Of a stretch of DNA of 64,000 bases, positions 53,196 through 64,000 are shown piece after piece. The stretch lies in assembly GCA_963693365.1 (NCBI GenBank), contig CAVNZM010000002.1:682001-746000 (forward strand). The letters are read 5' to 3'. Position 1 is the stretch's first letter, and every line of letters begins with the position of its first letter. This DNA is from Amoebidium appalachense (Eukaryota; Protista; Ichthyosporea). Under the pieces are notes generated by a model, which did no database searches, had not been told where the DNA came from, and saw only the letters and a list, made by a program, of their open reading frames with translations. Position numbers and translations under genes: made by a program.

Positions 53196-53234
<39 letters not shown>

Positions 53235-53748
53235 GGGGAACCCCAACTAATTGATTTCTCTTAGTCTTTATGGTGTCTCGTAGAGAAAGTAAACCCTGAT
53301 ATATAGTCATCACCCGACATCTATGTACGTGATCATGATATACCGCTGAGGGGATATTCCGAGCAAACCCCCCCCCCCCCCATACCTGAGACTGGTTTCT
53401 CTTTGCCTCGAGTAAACAGCGTAAACCCCCGTCTCTCTCTCCCTCTCTCTCTGACACTATCTCCCTTCCTCTCTCCATGTCTCTTTCTCTACATCTCTCT
53501 ATCTCTTTATCTCTCTCCCTCTCCCCCTCTCCCTCAAGCTCTCTCTCTTTCCCGGGCTCTAAGGCTTCTCCTCTCTCGCAACTGTTACACTGAGAATGTT
53601 CCAGACCTCTGATCAGCCCCAATTTTCTCCCTTTCTCTGGATGTCTCTCGATCTGGCGCTCGCGCTCGCCGATCGGATCAGAACCTCTCCTTCCCTCCCT
53701 CCCTCTCTCTCTCTCCCGATCTCTCTCTCTCGCACACACACACACACA

Positions 53749-53803
<55 letters not shown>

Positions 53804-55078
53804 CCTCTCCTCTCTCTCCCTCTCTCCCTCTCTCTCTCTATCTCTCCCTATCTCTCTCTCTCTCTCTCTCTCTCTCCCCCCCCCCTCCCCCCCCCCCCCC
53901 CTTCCCCCTCCCCCCTCCTTTCTCTCCCGCTCCCTCTCTCCCACCACCTCCCCCTCTGTCTCCCTCCCTCCATTTCATGTTCCCTCCCCCCTTCACTCCC
54001 CACCCCCCCTCCCGCTGCCTCCGCCCCCTCTTCCCCCCCTCCCCCCCCCCCCCCCCCCCCCCCCTCCACCCCCTCCACCCCCTCCCCTCTCATCCCCTCC
54101 CCTCCCCCGGCCCCTCCCCTCCCCTGGCCCAAAGCCCTACCCTCGGTCAGTCGGTGAACGTTGGATCCCAGCAAAGGGTATGTGCGGATCTGGCCGCTCC
54201 TGGGTGTCCTTATTTTTCCTACCGGGTGCACAATGGTACAGAAAAGACACACTTCAAGCAAAGCAACCTCCTACCCGCCGACCTCCTAGCTAAGTTCCAC
54301 AAAAACCATGGTTTTTATTCATATTCAATGATTATTCGCAGCCCTGACGCCACACTGGGTGACGTAAGCTTGGGGGTTGCGTGATTGCATCACGTGAAAG
54401 AAAAGGGGGCTCACTCTGTGATACGTTGATTGGCTGTTAGTCATGCCTGCAAGCTTGCCAAAATTCCCACGCACGTTGGCGACAACCGGGAAAACGCTGC
54501 TGATTGGATAAGTGTGACGAAACTTTGGCGCCCGGGCGCCGCAGCCGCGCCGGCCGCGAATGTATTGTATATAGCATCATGACTCTTCAGGACCCCAGGT
54601 CTTATTGGACTGGTTTAAGTAGAAGTGGTGTTGGCATAAAGAGATTTAAAAGACAACTGTCAGCATGGAGATACAAAAAGACGGAACATCTATACATATG
54701 TACGAGTTTTATTTTAGTCTTGTTTGTTGCTCGGAACTGTGAAAGCTTCAGCTCCGCACATTTTCAATCTGGATTTATTTAAGCCAATCGAAGCTTGCCT
54801 TTTTGATTACCGTCTTTTGATTGGTGTGTGATCTCATTCTTGCCCGGCAATTAGGTCATTGATGATTGTAGGGTTATTCTTGATCGTTTCTTGGCTAACA
54901 AGTATACTCAGTATGGTGCAAGCGTGTTTGTAGTAAACATTGAAATATATGTTCCAAATATCTATAAAACACTTATTCTTGACCCTTGGTACCGATACTT
55001 AATATTTGCGCACGTAAATAAACAGAATTTTAACATACCGCATATTGTGTAGTGTCGGGGTCTGTTGCTTCGCTTTAA

Positions 55079-55571
55079 AGTTCCCTCCGATATTATGGGG
55101 CTAACGCGCTAATGTCAATTAGAGAGTGTATACACCAATCAAATGAGCGCCAATCCTGCGCAACGTCTGATGTGACTCATGTGGCCACATCAGTGCGTTT
55201 TCGAGACTAAAGACCACAAAAGTATAAAAAAAACTCAAAACAATGTTACACACAGGAAAATATCTCTTAAAAATTGCTTCAGATACTTTGAGTTGCAACA
55301 ACGTAGCGCATTGCTAGACGACTTTCACTGACTCGCTGGTCCGCCGAGAGTTAGTATACTCGTGCATACGCCGCTATGCAAAAGTTGAATTTTACAATCT
55401 TATGAAATGACGTCACACAATCCTAGAAAGGAAGTTGTACTATTTTGAATGCCGTCAGATTGCGCATGATAGCTAGCGAATCGAACCTGGTATCTACCTT
55501 GCATTTGATTGGTGTATACACGGACTATGTGGCAATTAGGACGCGTTAGCCCTATAATATCGGAGGGAACT
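55079..55571. mobile_element. MITE with ~65-70 bp imperfect TIRs and TTAA TSD (Kolobok-like)
   Basis: TTAA-AGTTCCCTCCGATATTAT..GTGTATACACCAATCAAATG ... CATTTGATTGGTGTATACAC..ATAATATCGGAGGGAACT-TTAA. Confidence 0.85.
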
Positions 55572-55806
55572 TTAAGATTCTCAGTCTCGTGTCAACTATA
55601 TTAAGCCGGACCGATTCATTTTTGTGTCATATCAATTTGGCGCCAAACTACAGAAAGTCAATTAGGGAATTCTCACCTCACCAACGGACGTTGTGGAAGC
55701 AAGGCATAGGCAAGGTGAAGCGTGTTTTCAAACAAGCAGACAAGCAGATCGTAATTGTTCTTTGCTGGATTATTTCTGTGCACGCGTCGGTAAATTAAAA
55801 GTGAAA

Positions 55807-56193
55807 ATGCCGAGCAACACCGCCACGTTTGAGCAGGACTACGTTTCTCCGTTCGCGTTCAGCACACGGGCAGCAGCAAGCAGCTACGTTACGAACATGG
55901 CTTTCACAAACGAGAAAAGCCCTCGGGCTTTCCTTCAGCCCAGCTTGCCAGCTAAACGCGGCACTACTGCTGAGGAGATCGAGGCTGTGTTTGACTTTGC
56001 GGAGGGCACAGCAAGCAAGCCTCAGAACACCCCCACGCCAGCGGATAGCGTGGCGGCGTCTAATGATGCGCCAAAGGGGAGCCCAACGACTACGCCACGG
56101 CCTATGGTGATGTTTGGGGACGAGCATTTTGATATGCGCAAGGGTGGTTTGATTGATGCCTACCCAAGGAAGAAGCGTGCTTCGGCATGGTAG
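55807..56193 (+). CDS. Hypothetical single-exon protein, 128 aa
   Basis: Non-repetitive open frame with AAAATG start context. GC-richer than its flanks, natural amino-acid composition. No family recognised. Confidence 0.6.
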   Translation: MPSNTATFEQDYVSPFAFSTRAAASSYVTNMAFTNEKSPRAFLQPSLPAKRGTTAEEIEAVFDFAEGTASKPQNTPTPADSVAASNDAPKGSPTTTPRPMVMFGDEHFDMRKGGLIDAYPRKKRASAW

Positions 56194-57231
56194 TGTAATT
56201 GGAGCAAGGAGAGGAAGTTACGTATGATAGACATTTGAATGTATGAGTGATTTCCGTTGTACAATAACGGTGATAAAAGTAGGCGTATGGAACAGTGAAC
56301 AATTGTAGTATGTATGTGTTACTCCGGTGATAAGAACCATTCTAGCGTTAGATGTGGTATATTGTATATACTACTCTTGAATTGAAGCTGAAAAGCAAAA
56401 CATATAAACACCCCCGTTTGAGAGAGGTGCAGAAAGTAAAGAATGCTTCGAAGGTGTACTGTTTTTTTTGCCCGAACGAAGGTTCTCCATTCCAAGGAAT
56501 CTGTTGCTGTCCTTTTTCTTGCAACATTCAATCTTCCAGCACATACATTTACACAAGCTGGTAAGTTACACGGTGCTTGTGTAAAACAGTCGAAGCTTTG
56601 GTGGCACTGGTACTGGTGCTCGATAGCTTTGCGCTGGGCTTTTCTTCGAAACCCCTGCCCTTCTGCAAGTGCTCAAACCTGGAGAATTAGGTAAAGATTT
56701 CAGGCGACTTGCTTGCACAAAATTTGCAGAAAATTCCCCGTATACTATGGAGGTTTACCTACCGGTTTTTTCGTACCAGATGTGTATGGTTCATCGGTAC
56801 CAGCTACACCGTATGTACATAGTACCACACGTGCACTTAGTTGTAGTAAAGAATTGCTTTTTTTCTTCGTATACTTGTTAGAGACTAGTTTTGAGCTGAC
56901 AGCGTATGCCTGTTGGGTGAATCATCTTAACCGGTTTGTTTTCAACAGCTCCTGGTCAGCTGCCTTGCGGAATCAAAGCATGTTGCAATCTATTGTTAGT
57001 TGTGGTGACGGCTGCCAGCAGCACGACCCAATCACAGCCACAGGCATGTCCACACACTTTATAACATCGTCTTTTCATATCGTTTATGGTGTTAAGAAAA
57101 CGGTCCAGCGGTTTAGACCAACCCACGCCCAAGAACATTTAACATACACCCACCCACATCCACCCTCCTCACGCTGCAACACAGCCCTATTCCCGCCATG
57201 CGCATCCTAAACAATGCCGTTCACATAAGTA

Positions 57232-57269
<38 letters not shown>

Positions 57270-57330
57270 TACTACAACAACAAAAAAAAAACAAAAAAAA
57301 AAAAACCATATAAACTATATAGTAGTGGTG

Positions 57331-63461
<6,131 letters not shown>

Positions 63462-63529
63462 GGTTGCAGCCTGTGTATGACCGTTTATGAAAAGTGTAGG
63501 TGTAAAGTGTGCAAGCCCCAACTACTAAT

Positions 63530-63657
63530 AAATAGTGGTCACTTAGTACTTCACAACTACTACTAAATAGTGGTCACTTAGTACTTCACAACTACTACTA
63601 AATAGTGGTCACTTAGTACTTAACAACTACTACTAAATAGTGGTCACTTAGTACTTA
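63530..63657. repeat. 35-bp tandem repeat, ~3.7 copies, just upstream of the NAA20 start
   Basis: Unit AAATAGTGGTCACTTAGTACTTCACAACTACTACT, near-perfect copies. Confidence 0.93.
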
Positions 63658-64000
63658 GTAAGGGTCGTGTGCACCGTGTGAGTCTGACACTTCATCTCAG
63701 TCAGCCTCGCGCTTAGGAATTGATTGCGCAAACGTGCACCCGGAATTCAAGCCGATGGCGCAAACAAAAGCTGCCACTCTACAGTCACCATGTGAGACTG
63801 CAAAGTAACGATGTTTTTGTGTTGCACACGTGCATTAACACACGTAGTCACGATGCCTTGAAAAAGCAGTAAGCCTTACATGGAACATAGCCACGTCAAA
63901 ACAGATCAAAATGTGTTGATGCTGTGGCTGCGATGAACGTCATGGCGCACATGTCCACATGTGATGTATACCACGTCCATGCACATGCCCACACCATCCA

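Overview
Eukaryotic genomic DNA, intron-rich and loaded with microsatellites: (CA)n/(GT)n, (CT)n and long C/G runs. Gene content and NAA20 intron positions suggest a unicellular opisthokont/holozoan, but that is inference. Most ORFs in the supplied track are repeat artefacts. Manual splicing gives seven frame-consistent multi-exon genes: WRNIP1/Mgs1 (+), a tandem-RGS coiled-coil protein (-), a stand-alone DNA 3'-phosphatase (+), a CREB/ATF-like bZIP (+), a KIAA1143 homolog (+), a NUDT20/YJR142W-like Nudix hydrolase (-) and NAA20 (-). There is also one single-exon orphan ORF. Mobile DNA includes two TTAA-flanked (Kolobok-like) MITEs, a TA-flanked palindromic MITE, a 2-kb hAT-like TIR element beside a BED-finger fossil, and two poly(A) retro-copies with 11-bp TSDs. 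The most unusual signal is a dispersed family of about 14 5'-truncated retroposon-like copies. They are inserted into C-runs, lie in the sense orientation of host introns, and the longest has a 10-bp TSD (CCCCCGAACA). The two longest copies share a predicted K-turn hairpin plus a 7-bp long-range pairing with a compensatory change. Other oddities are a repeat-based intron architecture, amplified decoy splice junctions, an apparent non-AG acceptor and a likely GC donor. All calls were made by eye; no database search was run.
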